The notes beneath the pieces are model-generated. The model ran no database searches and was not told the DNA's origin. It was given only the letters and a program-made list of their open reading frames with translations. This document shows, in pieces, positions 40,405-50,364 of a stretch of DNA of 64,000 nt. Position 1 is the first letter of the stretch. Each line of letters starts with the position of its first letter. This stretch comes from Leptospiraceae bacterium (GTDB taxonomy: Bacteria > Spirochaetota > Leptospiria > Leptospirales > Leptonemataceae). The stretch spans positions 832,001 through 896,000 of the forward strand of contig JAVJNR010000004.1 in assembly GCA_040217195.1 (NCBI GenBank), in the 5' to 3' direction. A program made the position numbers and the translations under genes.

Positions 40405-41607
40405 TTATTCTTCCGGTTTTTCTGATTTTTCTGGCTGTTTTTCCGGTAGTTTTTCGGGCAAGGCTGAGGCTGGCGTCATTCGTCTCACCAGTTCATTTAC
40501 CATGTTAGCTGTGAGAAAGCGCAACTGACGACCGGCGGTGGATTCTTTGATTTGAAGTGAGTTTTCGCTACGCCAGACAATTAGATCCATGTTGTTCACA
40601 GCTTCCACCCGATCCAGGGATTGCTGATCTGCATAGACCACAGAACCGGTGTAAGGGTCCACCAACCGAAGATTTACCGAGGCGCTGACTCGAAGTTCCA
40701 GGTCTTCTGTACCCAACCCCAGGTCCCAGAACTTTGAATCCGACGGTAAATAGATGGCCAGGCGAAGAAGTGTATGCAGAATAAAAGCACGGGTATCATC
40801 GTCTTTCACCACAAAGGCTGCGATTAAGAGCAAAGCCCAGAGAGGAACCTTCCAGTATTCCACATCCTTCTTGACTTCGAAATCTGTAATCTCTGCAAAA
40901 AGTAGATAGTCTACCTTTTGCTTTCTAAGTTCTTCTTTCTGCGGAAGACCTGCCGGACCGGTGGTAGAAAAAGCCGCAGGGCTAAGTATCTCAAACCGGT
41001 TGGTTTGCACCATATTGGATATGAGCACCTCTTTGAGGATTTCCCCACCATCCATAGTAGGTACATTTTCGCTATCGATGATAGTAACAGCGCTCTGTTC
41101 CAGGCCATCCACTGTGGCCCCGGGGATCATACGACCGGCAGCTACCTTTTCTTCAGAATCGAAATGACTCTGATTTTCTGGCTTTTCTTCAGGCTTGTCA
41201 TCCTCCGAATCGCCGCTTGATTTGTTCGGTTTCGTATGGCCCTTATTTCCAGCTGCAGATACGGCATCTTCTGAATCTGAGTCATTACTTTCATCCGAAT
41301 ACAGATCAAAGCTCGACTCGGCCGCCGGCTGCGGGGATTCCTGGGCAAAAGGATCCTTTTGCTTTCTGGGAGCTGTGCGAATCAGTCCTTTATGCTGTTC
41401 GTCTGAAATAAAATTCAGGCGCTGCATATCTGCAGAATTCTTGAACGTTACAGGCAATATCCGTATCTTTCGAGTATTGAGCGGAAGCTCATTAACCTCT
41501 GGTCCTTCCAGCGCTTCAAAGGATCGAAACGTACTGCAACTTGCTATACTTCCAATTAGAAGTAGCGCCACAGATTGGCGCAGTAGCTTAGTTCCGATAC
41601 TTACCAT
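40405..41607 (-). CDS. CsgG/HfaB-fold lipoprotein with acidic and hydrophobic inserts
   Basis: Lipobox IASC; MVQTNRFEIL, VDYLLFAEITDFE and VNLRLVDPYTGSVVYA motifs. Confidence 0.65.
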   Translation of the reverse strand: MVSIGTKLLRQSVALLLIGSIASCSTFRSFEALEGPEVNELPLNTRKIRILPVTFKNSADMQRLNFISDEQHKGLIRTAPRKQKDPFAQESPQPAAESSFDLYSDESNDSDSEDAVSAAGNKGHTKPNKSSGDSEDDKPEEKPENQSHFDSEEKVAAGRMIPGATVDGLEQSAVTIIDSENVPTMDGGEILKEVLISNMVQTNRFEILSPAAFSTTGPAGLPQKEELRKQKVDYLLFAEITDFEVKKDVEYWKVPLWALLLIAAFVVKDDDTRAFILHTLLRLAIYLPSDSKFWDLGLGTEDLELRVSASVNLRLVDPYTGSVVYADQQSLDRVEAVNNMDLIVWRSENSLQIKESTAGRQLRFLTANMVNELVRRMTPASALPEKLPEKQPEKSEKPEE

Positions 41608-42262
41608 TCTGGACAATTCTCAGGATGAGATCCGCCATTGCATATCGTAGAAGCTTGCCTCCGCTGGACTGCAATATATCAGTACTGGCTCCACTGTAGG
41701 AGAAGAGCACTCCGGCGGCCTTGGAAGTATCGGTTCTTCTGTTTTCCACAGCTCCTGCATCCAGGATGGCCGCGGTATCAATGTCTGTAACACGATAATC
41801 GATGCCCGTCTCTACTATATATTCTTCTTTCTGGTAGGAACCCAGAAGTCCAAACAATAGACAGAATCCAGATTCATTCTTTCTCACTTCAAAGTTGGTC
41901 AGTGTTCCGGTGAGCACTATATCTGCGCCGAATTTCTCTTTAAGGATTTTCAAGTTCTCAGGAGTCAGCTCGCTTTGACTGCCAATCACGTTTTCCACGA
42001 AGCCAGGCTCTATTACTTCAAAGTAACCTGTCTGGATTAGCATCGTTGTTAGCTGCGCCGTGGCAGGTTTCACAAGAAAGGATTTTCCGGTGGCATCCCG
42101 GAATGGAACCAGGGCTACCTTTACTTTTTCCGTGCCGATGGGAGCACGAGGTAAATCAATCTTCTCAGTTGTGTTTTCATACTGAGTCGGTTGAGGAGAC
42201 ATACACTGAGTAAAAACCAGTGCAAAAATGGATAGCATTACACCCAGGCGAATTCGTATCAT
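41588..42262 (-). CDS. CsgG/HfaB family lipoprotein
   Basis: Lipobox FTQC; VALVPFRD, LIQTGYFEVIE, GADIVLTGTLTNFE and IDYRVTDIDTAAIL motifs. Confidence 0.75.
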   Translation of the reverse strand: MIRIRLGVMLSIFALVFTQCMSPQPTQYENTTEKIDLPRAPIGTEKVKVALVPFRDATGKSFLVKPATAQLTTMLIQTGYFEVIEPGFVENVIGSQSELTPENLKILKEKFGADIVLTGTLTNFEVRKNESGFCLLFGLLGSYQKEEYIVETGIDYRVTDIDTAAILDAGAVENRRTDTSKAAGVLFSYSGASTDILQSSGGKLLRYAMADLILRIVQNGKYRN

Positions 42263-42349
42263 GGCATATAATAGATGCCATCGAAATTGACTCTGTTCAA
42301 CCTTTTTTAAAAGATTTTGATGAAATTATAGGCCTCTTGGAAAAGTGCT

Positions 42350-43135
42350 TTGAAGGTAACCATTACACATATTGATACGGCCTGCTGCCTCATAGAAGCG
42401 GATGGATTTCGGATTCTTACCGACCCTGTATTTGATCCGCCCGGGAAAATCTATCATCATGGATGGGGCGCTTTTTCCCGCAAGACGTCCACGCCCGCCA
42501 TGGAGCCTGAATCCCTGGGCTCATTGGATCTCATACTGCTGAGCCATCATCAGCATAAAGACAATCTGGATAACACCGGGATTCAGGTCCTGGGTCGAGC
42601 CTCCAGAATATATTCTACCAGAGCTGCCGCTGCAACGCTGGACAATTGCACTGGTCTTGCTCCGTTTGAAACTATCGAGCATTCCGGTCCGCAGGGTAAC
42701 GTACAGATCACCGGAACTCCATGCAGACATCACCCGGCTCTGGTGCCCGGATTCCTGTCCGGCCCGGTTACTGGTTTCTTGCTGAAATGGCCGGTAACAA
42801 AGAAGTATCTTTATATTTCAGGAGATACGGTATTCTTTTCGCCGCTGAAGAAGATTGCTCAGGATTTCTCGGTAGGTCTGGCTTTATTGCATGTAGGTAG
42901 AGCCAGCTTTCCCTATCTAACAGGCTGGGGAAAGTATACTATGGACAGCGCGGATTATATAAAGATGGTTCAACTGTTAAATCCAGATGCGGCCGTGCCC
43001 ATCCACAATGGAGGTTGGACCCATTTTAAAGAAAATAGCATCACCCTGAGTGAGGCCATTGAGCACTATCCAGATGTAAAAACCGTAACTACAATACCGG
43101 GGCCTGGAATACCTCGCGAATTTGAGCTAGAGTAA
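42350..43135 (+). CDS. MBL-fold metallo-hydrolase
   Basis: ILTDP, SHHQHKDNLD, YISGDT and PIH motifs. Confidence 0.88.
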   Translation: MKVTITHIDTACCLIEADGFRILTDPVFDPPGKIYHHGWGAFSRKTSTPAMEPESLGSLDLILLSHHQHKDNLDNTGIQVLGRASRIYSTRAAAATLDNCTGLAPFETIEHSGPQGNVQITGTPCRHHPALVPGFLSGPVTGFLLKWPVTKKYLYISGDTVFFSPLKKIAQDFSVGLALLHVGRASFPYLTGWGKYTMDSADYIKMVQLLNPDAAVPIHNGGWTHFKENSITLSEAIEHYPDVKTVTTIPGPGIPREFELE

Positions 43136-43207
43136 GATTTACCGAGCCCGGCAATAGGAGTGGAATAACTCTGGTCAGTCACCGGCCAGAATCGTTACTC
43201 TGCTAAA

Positions 43208-44254
43208 ATGAGTAAAACAGTACTGGTCACCGGCGGATCCGGATACATCGCATCCTGGGTAGTGAAATATCTTCTGGAAGATGGGAATAAAGTACATGCC
43301 ACCGTTCGAAATCTAAAGTCTGCAGAAAAGGTCTCGCATCTCCAGGACCTGGCAGAGAGTTTCAACGGCAAACTGGAATTATTTGAAGCGGACCTTCTGG
43401 AAGAAGGATCCTTCGATGCAGCGATGAAGGGATGCGAAATCGTAATCCATACTGCCTCGCCATTCTTTATTAAAGGTCTCAAGGATGCACAGAAGCAACT
43501 GGTGGATCCAGCTCTTCAGGGAACTCGCAATGTCCTGGAGTCCGCGAATCGGCAGGCTTCTGTAAAGCGAGTGGTTCTAACATCAAGCGTAGCGGCCATC
43601 ATGGGAGACAATGTGGATGCACTTTCCAGAGAAAGCAAAACCATGGACGAAAGCGATTGGAACACATCCAGCAGTCTGAAGCATCAGCCCTATTCTTACT
43701 CCAAGACCGTGGCAGAAAAAGAAGCCTGGAAGATAGCAGAAAGTCAGAATCAATGGAAGCTAGTTGTTATCAATCCTGCATTCGTCATGGGGCCTTCACT
43801 ATCCCGACGAATGGATGGAACCAGTGTTCAATTCGTCCATGACCTGGTGGGAGGTCCCTTAAAATCAGGAGTGCCCGACCTTACCTTTGGAATTGTTGAT
43901 GTACGCGATGTTGCCCGGGCCCATGTTCTGGCAGCCATGAACGAAAAATCCTCCGGCCGCCATCTTCTTTGTGCAGATACAAAAACGTTTGTAGAATTGG
44001 CTGATATACTGAGACAGAGATACGGGAAAACCTTACCATTGCCCGGGGGCCAATTACCGGGCTTCATGGTATATCTAATCGGGCCTTTCTTTGGACTGTC
44101 CTGGGGATTCTTAAAAAAGAACCTGGGGGTGCGCTATAAACTGGATAATTCGCGTAGCATTCAGGATCTTGGCATAGCCTATCGTTCTATTGCTGACACA
44201 CTGTGCGACCACGTTGACCAGATGAAAGAGGCCGGTCTGATTCAATCGAAATAG
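43208..44254 (+). CDS. NAD-dependent epimerase/dehydratase (aldehyde reductase/DFR-like)
   Basis: VTGGSGYIA, HTASP, TSS and YSYSK motifs. Confidence 0.9.
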   Translation: MSKTVLVTGGSGYIASWVVKYLLEDGNKVHATVRNLKSAEKVSHLQDLAESFNGKLELFEADLLEEGSFDAAMKGCEIVIHTASPFFIKGLKDAQKQLVDPALQGTRNVLESANRQASVKRVVLTSSVAAIMGDNVDALSRESKTMDESDWNTSSSLKHQPYSYSKTVAEKEAWKIAESQNQWKLVVINPAFVMGPSLSRRMDGTSVQFVHDLVGGPLKSGVPDLTFGIVDVRDVARAHVLAAMNEKSSGRHLLCADTKTFVELADILRQRYGKTLPLPGGQLPGFMVYLIGPFFGLSWGFLKKNLGVRYKLDNSRSIQDLGIAYRSIADTLCDHVDQMKEAGLIQSK

Positions 44255-44334
44255 TTCAAGTCCTGGCGCCAGATAGTGTCGATCCAGACCTGGGACGGAG
44301 ACTGATAGCTTCCCGTGACCGTCTGCCAGCCGTT

Positions 44335-44910
44335 CTACCAGCTCCAGCCTCCCAGTGCTCGAACGGCCAGGTAGGCAAGCTTTCGCTTGAAAGGAGATAC
44401 CCCTGCTTCACGCATCATGCGACCGAAGAGCCTATCGCAATCCTTTCTATTCCAGCGACCTATTACACTCTGCCATTCCATTTCATTGATTCGAAAGGTA
44501 TGGCATCCCTCTGGCAGATTACCCCTGTTGCGATAAAACCAGTCATGTACTGCAGCCGCGGCACGAAGTAGACCATCCGGCCGAATACCTGTAATCGTCC
44601 AGGCCAATCGAGGAACACTTGCTCCGTCATAGGTAAAACCGGCTGGTACCAGAACACGATTGAAAAGACAAATCCGGGATTTCTCAGCAAATTCGATTCC
44701 AGTCCCTTTAGAGCCAGACCGGTCCAATCTGCTGCGAATCTTCTTCTTTATGGTTTGATCTGGCATATATAACTCTTCTGCCAGATCGCTTACGTCAACA
44801 GAACTCAGGTTCCGTACCCAGATGTACTCATAATCTTTTACCAATCGATACAGATCCTGGTCCACAGGTACATTTACCGGCTGATGCATTTCCTCTACTT
44901 CACAATCCAT
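44335..44910 (-). CDS. DUF1353 domain protein
   Basis: VPAGFTYDGASVP..AAAVHDWFY..CDRLF..M..GV..YLAVRALG. Confidence 0.85.
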   Translation of the reverse strand: MDCEVEEMHQPVNVPVDQDLYRLVKDYEYIWVRNLSSVDVSDLAEELYMPDQTIKKKIRSRLDRSGSKGTGIEFAEKSRICLFNRVLVPAGFTYDGASVPRLAWTITGIRPDGLLRAAAAVHDWFYRNRGNLPEGCHTFRINEMEWQSVIGRWNRKDCDRLFGRMMREAGVSPFKRKLAYLAVRALGGWSW

Positions 44911-45186
44911 GTATCCGCCCTATGGACTTTGCTACATTTTCTCAAGTATTATTCCACTCGGAAGTCGTCCGAGCATTCATTGCCAGAGTCTTTTCGTCGC
45001 ATTGAGTTTTCATTTTTTGCCAGACAGGCCCATTCTTTTTGCTAACGTATCTCATTCGCATCGAAAAACAGCTTTTTGCCCCGCATACCCCTTACCGGTT
45101 TCGTCCCATATAGTATCCTCCCAGGGGGAGGTGGTGTTTTCGGGGCTACCCCAGGAATTCCAATATCAGCTTCAGGAGAAATAATA

Positions 45187-45591
45187 ATGAAACGAGCAAG
45201 AACAATGCTAATGGTTTTAGTACTGGTTGGTCTGCCAGCGGCCCTCTTCGCAAGGGATGTGAAGGTCCTGGTAGGGACCAATCAGGGAAACCTCTGCGCT
45301 TCCGGTACAGGACCAGCCTATATTGAGAACATTAACATTCCAATGGATGTATATTTTCAGGGAATGGCAGACGGAAACTGGGTGCGCGATGGAAGATGGA
45401 AAGCCATTGCAGTCATCCACCAGGGAGGACGTGTGGTCAGCACCCGAACCGTCTGGGAAGGTTATCCAACAGCATTCAAACATAATCAGCGAATCCCTCT
45501 GGGTAACATCAAGGGAAATGAATGCCTGGTAATACATAGCCTTTCGCCGGCCAGTAATATGGCATGGTTTTATAAAGTCCACCTGCCCTAG
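45187..45591 (+). CDS. Small secreted hypothetical protein
   Basis: AGGAGA RBS, signal peptide ending LFA, two Cys, downstream hairpin. Confidence 0.7.
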   Translation: MKRARTMLMVLVLVGLPAALFARDVKVLVGTNQGNLCASGTGPAYIENINIPMDVYFQGMADGNWVRDGRWKAIAVIHQGGRVVSTRTVWEGYPTAFKHNQRIPLGNIKGNECLVIHSLSPASNMAWFYKVHLP

Positions 45592-45606
45592 AGTAAGCCA
45601 TTTGCG

Positions 45607-45629
45607 GGGCCGTCCAGACGGCCCGACTT
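45607..45629 (+). terminator. Probable intrinsic terminator
   Basis: GGGCCGTC-CA-GACGGCCC stem followed by a short T-tract. Confidence 0.5.
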
Positions 45630-45871
45630 ACTACCTACTCTGGGAAATGGGATGTATCCGGATCGGAAGTGCACTTCCTGCAGCTGGATCCTTACTTTTC
45701 ATTACTTCTTTTCCTTGCACAAATCTCGCATAAATGCTCTAAGGTTCAGAGAATAAAACTCTGCAGGTCGGGCTAAACTTGAATAAAGGGATTCCAGGCA
45801 ATCAGAGAACCGGCATTGAGAGTGAGTCAATGTACAGACCCTTGAACCAGAGTTTGAAAGGAAATAGCTCA

Positions 45872-46897
45872 ATGGAAAAATCAAAACCTGATCTATTCTA
45901 TCTCAGTCGGAGAATCCGCATCAGTGTCCTGCTTGCTGCAATTCTGATAGCCGGACCAGCTCTGGCAAATGATGAGGTAGGCCCCAATGAACTTCAGATA
46001 GGACTGGGCCTTGGTCCAGCATCGGTGCAAACCCATCTGGAACCCAGAATTCAAAATGAGTATAGGTTTGGTGGTGCATTCTTTGGAGGTTACGGCCAGA
46101 TGCCTGATTGGACCTATGACTCCCAATGGGGAGAAGTCTTTCGCCTGGCCTATCTGCGCAATGAATGGCTATTCGAGCTGGATCAAAGATCGGAGCAGGC
46201 CAATATAGAATATTCATCCTATATTCAGGCGACATTCAATGGCACTGTCATAAATCGAAGCAGCAGTCATACAGGCGAGTATAGCCAGAATCGAACCTCC
46301 TTGCTGGCTGGCTGGGATGCACTGCATGGTAGTAGTCGCCATAATCTGTATTTTCTGGCAGGCGTTCGCTCCATGCGCGAAGAATTCCTGAATGAGCGAA
46401 CTGTACTGACTGGACTGTCTAGCTCAGGAACCAGTGTAATTGTTGGCGGAGCATCACCGATAAATAGCACCCTCACTACCAGTGGAAATCTCTATCTCGG
46501 GATGGATTTTACCTACCAATTCGAAGGTCCTTATGCACTTCAATTCAGACTTGGATTGGAATCTGGAACTGGTGATTGGGAAGAAACGGACCTGCTCTAT
46601 GGCCTGAATAACTCCTTTGAATACAGAAAGGAAATAGGCAGTACAGAGCTTACAGGAATAGAGCTGGATATTACGTACCGCCAAAAGATTGATGAAGACT
46701 GGACCTTTTTCGCAAGCCTACGTAGTTACAGATTGTCCCTTCGAACCAGGGAAGTGATTCCAATCCTGGGAAATAGCACTCCGCCTACTTCGGCCCAGCT
46801 TCTACAGGACCTGGTGCTGACTTACAGCGGAGCCGAACATAATGGCCGATCCACTGCTTTACTCTTCGGGTTTACCTATAGCTATAGATTCTGGTAG
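45872..46897 (+). CDS. Putative outer-membrane beta-barrel protein
   Basis: Signal ending ALA; amphipathic strands; aromatic C-terminus FGFTYSYRFW. Confidence 0.7.
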   Translation: MEKSKPDLFYLSRRIRISVLLAAILIAGPALANDEVGPNELQIGLGLGPASVQTHLEPRIQNEYRFGGAFFGGYGQMPDWTYDSQWGEVFRLAYLRNEWLFELDQRSEQANIEYSSYIQATFNGTVINRSSSHTGEYSQNRTSLLAGWDALHGSSRHNLYFLAGVRSMREEFLNERTVLTGLSSSGTSVIVGGASPINSTLTTSGNLYLGMDFTYQFEGPYALQFRLGLESGTGDWEETDLLYGLNNSFEYRKEIGSTELTGIELDITYRQKIDEDWTFFASLRSYRLSLRTREVIPILGNSTPPTSAQLLQDLVLTYSGAEHNGRSTALLFGFTYSYRFW

Positions 46898-46929
46898 AAT
46901 TACGTCTATTAGCTATACCCATTCGAACA

Positions 46930-47352
46930 ATGAATATGAAACAATGGACCATTCCTTTTATCGCCGGATACATTAGCGCCAACATTTCCGCTTTTGTGAT
47001 GATCGTGGCACTCTTCGCGCTTGCAGGTGATTCCTACTGGGTACTTCTGGCTGCCATCCCTGTATTGCTGATCGTTGCGCAGCTATCGCTGGTCCTGTTC
47101 TGTCGCTGGTCGGAGTTAAATCCGCCGCCCTGGTGGCATGGAACGGTTTATTTGATACTTGGCACTGTAATTTCTTTCCCAATGTTTTTTCTGCTGGCGT
47201 ATGTGGTGGAAGCAGGCTTCGACAATCGGGTGCCTGTCATTCTATTCTGGATCGTCTATTCACTGGAGATAGGCCTGGTGGGACTGATTCTTTTAATTGC
47301 CTACCGGGTCATGTTTACCAGACGAAATGCTGGCCATTCCCGGACCCGTTGA
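46930..47352 (+). CDS. Hypothetical 4-TM membrane protein
   Basis: Four hydrophobic segments; co-oriented with the upstream barrel gene. Confidence 0.65.
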   Translation: MNMKQWTIPFIAGYISANISAFVMIVALFALAGDSYWVLLAAIPVLLIVAQLSLVLFCRWSELNPPPWWHGTVYLILGTVISFPMFFLLAYVVEAGFDNRVPVILFWIVYSLEIGLVGLILLIAYRVMFTRRNAGHSRTR

Positions 47353-47507
47353 GGCAACGGTCAGACCGGAAAATCAGGTTATATCCAGAGCTAAATGTTA
47401 CCAGACCTGGCTTCGCAGGGTCCGCAGCAACTATGCCAGACCCGGGATCAATTTGAGATTCTGTAACAGGATTCTTGCCTTTAGATTCAGTGCACTTTCT
47501 TATTCAG

Positions 47508-49154
47508 TTACGTAGTCTCCAGGCCCTCCAGGGCCAAGGGTCTATCGCCAAATGAATGAACCAGACCTTTCATACTCAAGGTTAGCATACGGCAGGATTG
47601 TGTAAATAGCCGATTTACCATGAGTAGTCTGGTTACCTCTTCTTCTGGTAAGTTCTCCGCCCGCACAGCCCGGGACAGGGAGGCAATAAACACACGGTCA
47701 TTGCGCTCTACTTCGCGAAAAAAATCATCCAGCTCTTCTGTGACCCTCTGCTCCGGATGCAGATAGACTGTAGTAGCCATCGCTTTTAGCCGGCCAAGAC
47801 GACCATAGAAATCCTGAACTGCATGAAGAACAAAACCAGAATCTTCCGCTTTCATTTCCAGAATATCTCCCAGAAGCTCTCGCAAATTGCGGGTAGAATT
47901 CATAATACTTCGGCTGGCACGCAGGATACCATCCAGATTCAATGATTCTGTTTCGCTTCGCTCCACCGGAATGCTGGAGTAGAATCTAAATATTTCAGCA
48001 TGTAACTCTCCCAGGCCGCCATAGGTGACCAGATGACCCGGATAATCCTCTTCCAGATCGTCAGGGGTTGGCTCCACAGAGTATTTATGACAGATATAGT
48101 AAACGGAAAGGAAGAGTTGATTCAATACTTCATTACGAAAGGCAACCATGGCAGCTTCCAGAACGTCCGGTACTGTATTATTGATGAACCGGCTGAGTAC
48201 GTTAGTAGATTCCGGGTAGATCTTGTTAAGCATTCCGGTGAATCGCTGCAAAAACGGAAGAAATAGTGCTGCTCCCAGACAGTTAAATAGAGTGTGAAAC
48301 AGTGCAATTCCCAGAACTCCGTTTTCTGAAAGATTGGCCACATCCAGTATGAACCAGATCAATAGAGGAAACAGCGCAAAGGCAAGAACAGCGCTTAGAG
48401 CGTTAAAAGCTACGTGACTGAATGCTGCCTGCTTCTTGGAAGTAGCGCCTCCTATGGCTCCCAGAAGAATTGTAATCGTAGTTCCAATATTCGCTCCGAT
48501 CACCATGGCTGCCCCATCATCAAAGCCAATGATACCGGAATGAAATCCGGCCAGAACCAGAGCAATGGTAGCTGCACTTGCCTGCATGGCCGCAGTGAGC
48601 AGAATTCCAAGTAATAAGTAAAACCACAATCCCGTAAACGGCAGGGCTGCCAGATCTACCGTGGAGGAAAGACCGCTAACGCTGGATTTCATCATTTCCA
48701 GGCCGTGAAACAGTAACCCCAGAGCTACCAGCAAACGACTCAAGTTATAGTAACGAATGGCACGCACTAGAAAGATCATCCCCAGCCCACCAATTCCAAT
48801 AAGCGGCAGAGCGAAGGCATCGATCTTAATTTTGAATCCAAAGATGGCAACGATCCAGACCGTCAGAGTAGTTCCAATATTGGAGCCCACCATAACTGCA
48901 ATTGCATTGGCCAGAGTCATTAGTCCGGCTCCCACGAAAGCAAGGACCATCAACGATACAGCGGAGCTACTCTGCAATACTGCGGTGCTTACTATTCCGG
49001 TAATCAGACCTTTTATCCGACTTCCGGTGTAGCGTCGTATCATATGTTTGAAGGAAGGACCGGCCAGGAGGCGAATGCTTTCCTCCATCGTGTACATTCC
49101 AAAGAGAAAAACTCCCAGTCCAGCCAGCAAAGTCCAGAATTCAAAGCTCTCCAC
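47508..49154 (-). CDS. Na/Pi cotransporter family protein
   Basis: QSSSA..GSNIGTT and QASAA..GANIGTT repeats; PhoU-like C-terminus. Confidence 0.92.
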   Translation of the reverse strand: MESFEFWTLLAGLGVFLFGMYTMEESIRLLAGPSFKHMIRRYTGSRIKGLITGIVSTAVLQSSSAVSLMVLAFVGAGLMTLANAIAVMVGSNIGTTLTVWIVAIFGFKIKIDAFALPLIGIGGLGMIFLVRAIRYYNLSRLLVALGLLFHGLEMMKSSVSGLSSTVDLAALPFTGLWFYLLLGILLTAAMQASAATIALVLAGFHSGIIGFDDGAAMVIGANIGTTITILLGAIGGATSKKQAAFSHVAFNALSAVLAFALFPLLIWFILDVANLSENGVLGIALFHTLFNCLGAALFLPFLQRFTGMLNKIYPESTNVLSRFINNTVPDVLEAAMVAFRNEVLNQLFLSVYYICHKYSVEPTPDDLEEDYPGHLVTYGGLGELHAEIFRFYSSIPVERSETESLNLDGILRASRSIMNSTRNLRELLGDILEMKAEDSGFVLHAVQDFYGRLGRLKAMATTVYLHPEQRVTEELDDFFREVERNDRVFIASLSRAVRAENLPEEEVTRLLMVNRLFTQSCRMLTLSMKGLVHSFGDRPLALEGLETT

Positions 49155-49303
49155 AATCAGCCAGGATATTGTGGATGTATTGGCGTGGCAAATTATTAAC
49201 CCGTCTGCCCGGGCCCGGACCAGCGCTTCTATATCTTATAGACTGCAATCCTTTAGTCGGCACATAGAAGATCCCTGAAGAATCATGATTTCCCCGAGAC
49301 GAA

Positions 49304-50230
49304 TTAGTGCGATTCGCTGGCTTTCATTTTTGCGTCTGTCACATTCGGGCCAGCAATGATACACCGATCTCGTCCCTGTTTTTTTCCCTGATACATAGCT
49401 GTATCCGCCCGTTCCATGGCCTCTCGGATTACCTCGGCGGACCCAACCCTGGCCAGGCCCACGGTAACTGTGAGAGGGAGTTCGCCTTCAGCTGTAATTA
49501 TTGGAGACACACGCAACAGATTCATGGCACGATGAATGGCAGAAAGAGCGTGAGACTCATCCTGTACCTCCAGGAAATGTAGAAATTCTTCGCCACCAAG
49601 CCGGTACAGGGGCTCATTCTCACGAAAGGCTTTGAGAAGTAAATTGGCCAGATGTGCAAGTGCATCATCGCCGGTATTGTGACCAAAACGATCATTTATG
49701 GATTTAAAATGATCCACGTCGATGACTGCGATGTAAAAAAGACTTCGATTCCTGCGTGTTCTTCGCTGAAATTCCAGAAAGGAATTCTCCAGAAAATGTC
49801 TCAATGGTAGCCCGGTGAGAGGATCATAGTGACTGCGGCTTTCTGCAAGACGAGTTCTGAAAAGGGAGAGCAAATCAATCAGTGCAGTCTGGTTCGTCTC
49901 AAATCGAGTCATTAAACGGCGCTTTTGATCAATGTCACAGCTATTCAGCAATAATTCTCGAATAGCACCGTGCAGGTCTTCATGGGCCAGAATAAGGCGC
50001 TCTGCTTTGTCAGAATCGTAATCTTCCAGCATCAATCTGTTGGCCAGAAGCCATTTTCCGAAATGACATACCGAATGCCCATCTGGATCCACCATATCTG
50101 CCCTTGGAGAATCTCCCAGCAGGTATAGTCGCAATAGATGCCTGGTCCAGTGCAGATGTGATTGGACTGCATCGTCGATTTCCTGGATGGATCGGTCGAT
50201 GCTCGAGTCTTCTTTTCTATTATTCTGCAT
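49304..50230 (-). CDS. CZB-GGDEF diguanylate cyclase (DgcZ-like)
   Basis: HLHW, HSVCHFGKW and HEDLH; DPLTGL, DVDHFKSINDRFGH and RLGGEEF. Confidence 0.88.
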   Translation of the reverse strand: MQNNRKEDSSIDRSIQEIDDAVQSHLHWTRHLLRLYLLGDSPRADMVDPDGHSVCHFGKWLLANRLMLEDYDSDKAERLILAHEDLHGAIRELLLNSCDIDQKRRLMTRFETNQTALIDLLSLFRTRLAESRSHYDPLTGLPLRHFLENSFLEFQRRTRRNRSLFYIAVIDVDHFKSINDRFGHNTGDDALAHLANLLLKAFRENEPLYRLGGEEFLHFLEVQDESHALSAIHRAMNLLRVSPIITAEGELPLTVTVGLARVGSAEVIREAMERADTAMYQGKKQGRDRCIIAGPNVTDAKMKASESH

Positions 50231-50364
50231 CGCGACAACTACCAATTCCGGTATGGAAAATGAACCACCAGCAGCCAAGCTTTTTACATGGCCCTGCCAA
50301 TTCAGTGCATTTCCCGGATTAATATTGCATGGACAATCAGAGATCTGTCCGTTTTTCATGGTTC

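Noticed and set aside
44249..44270. GTTCAAGTCC...CCA resembling a tRNA 3' end or att site beside DUF1353
   Set aside because: No pairing T-stem, wrong spacing to CCA, and no second copy or integrase seen
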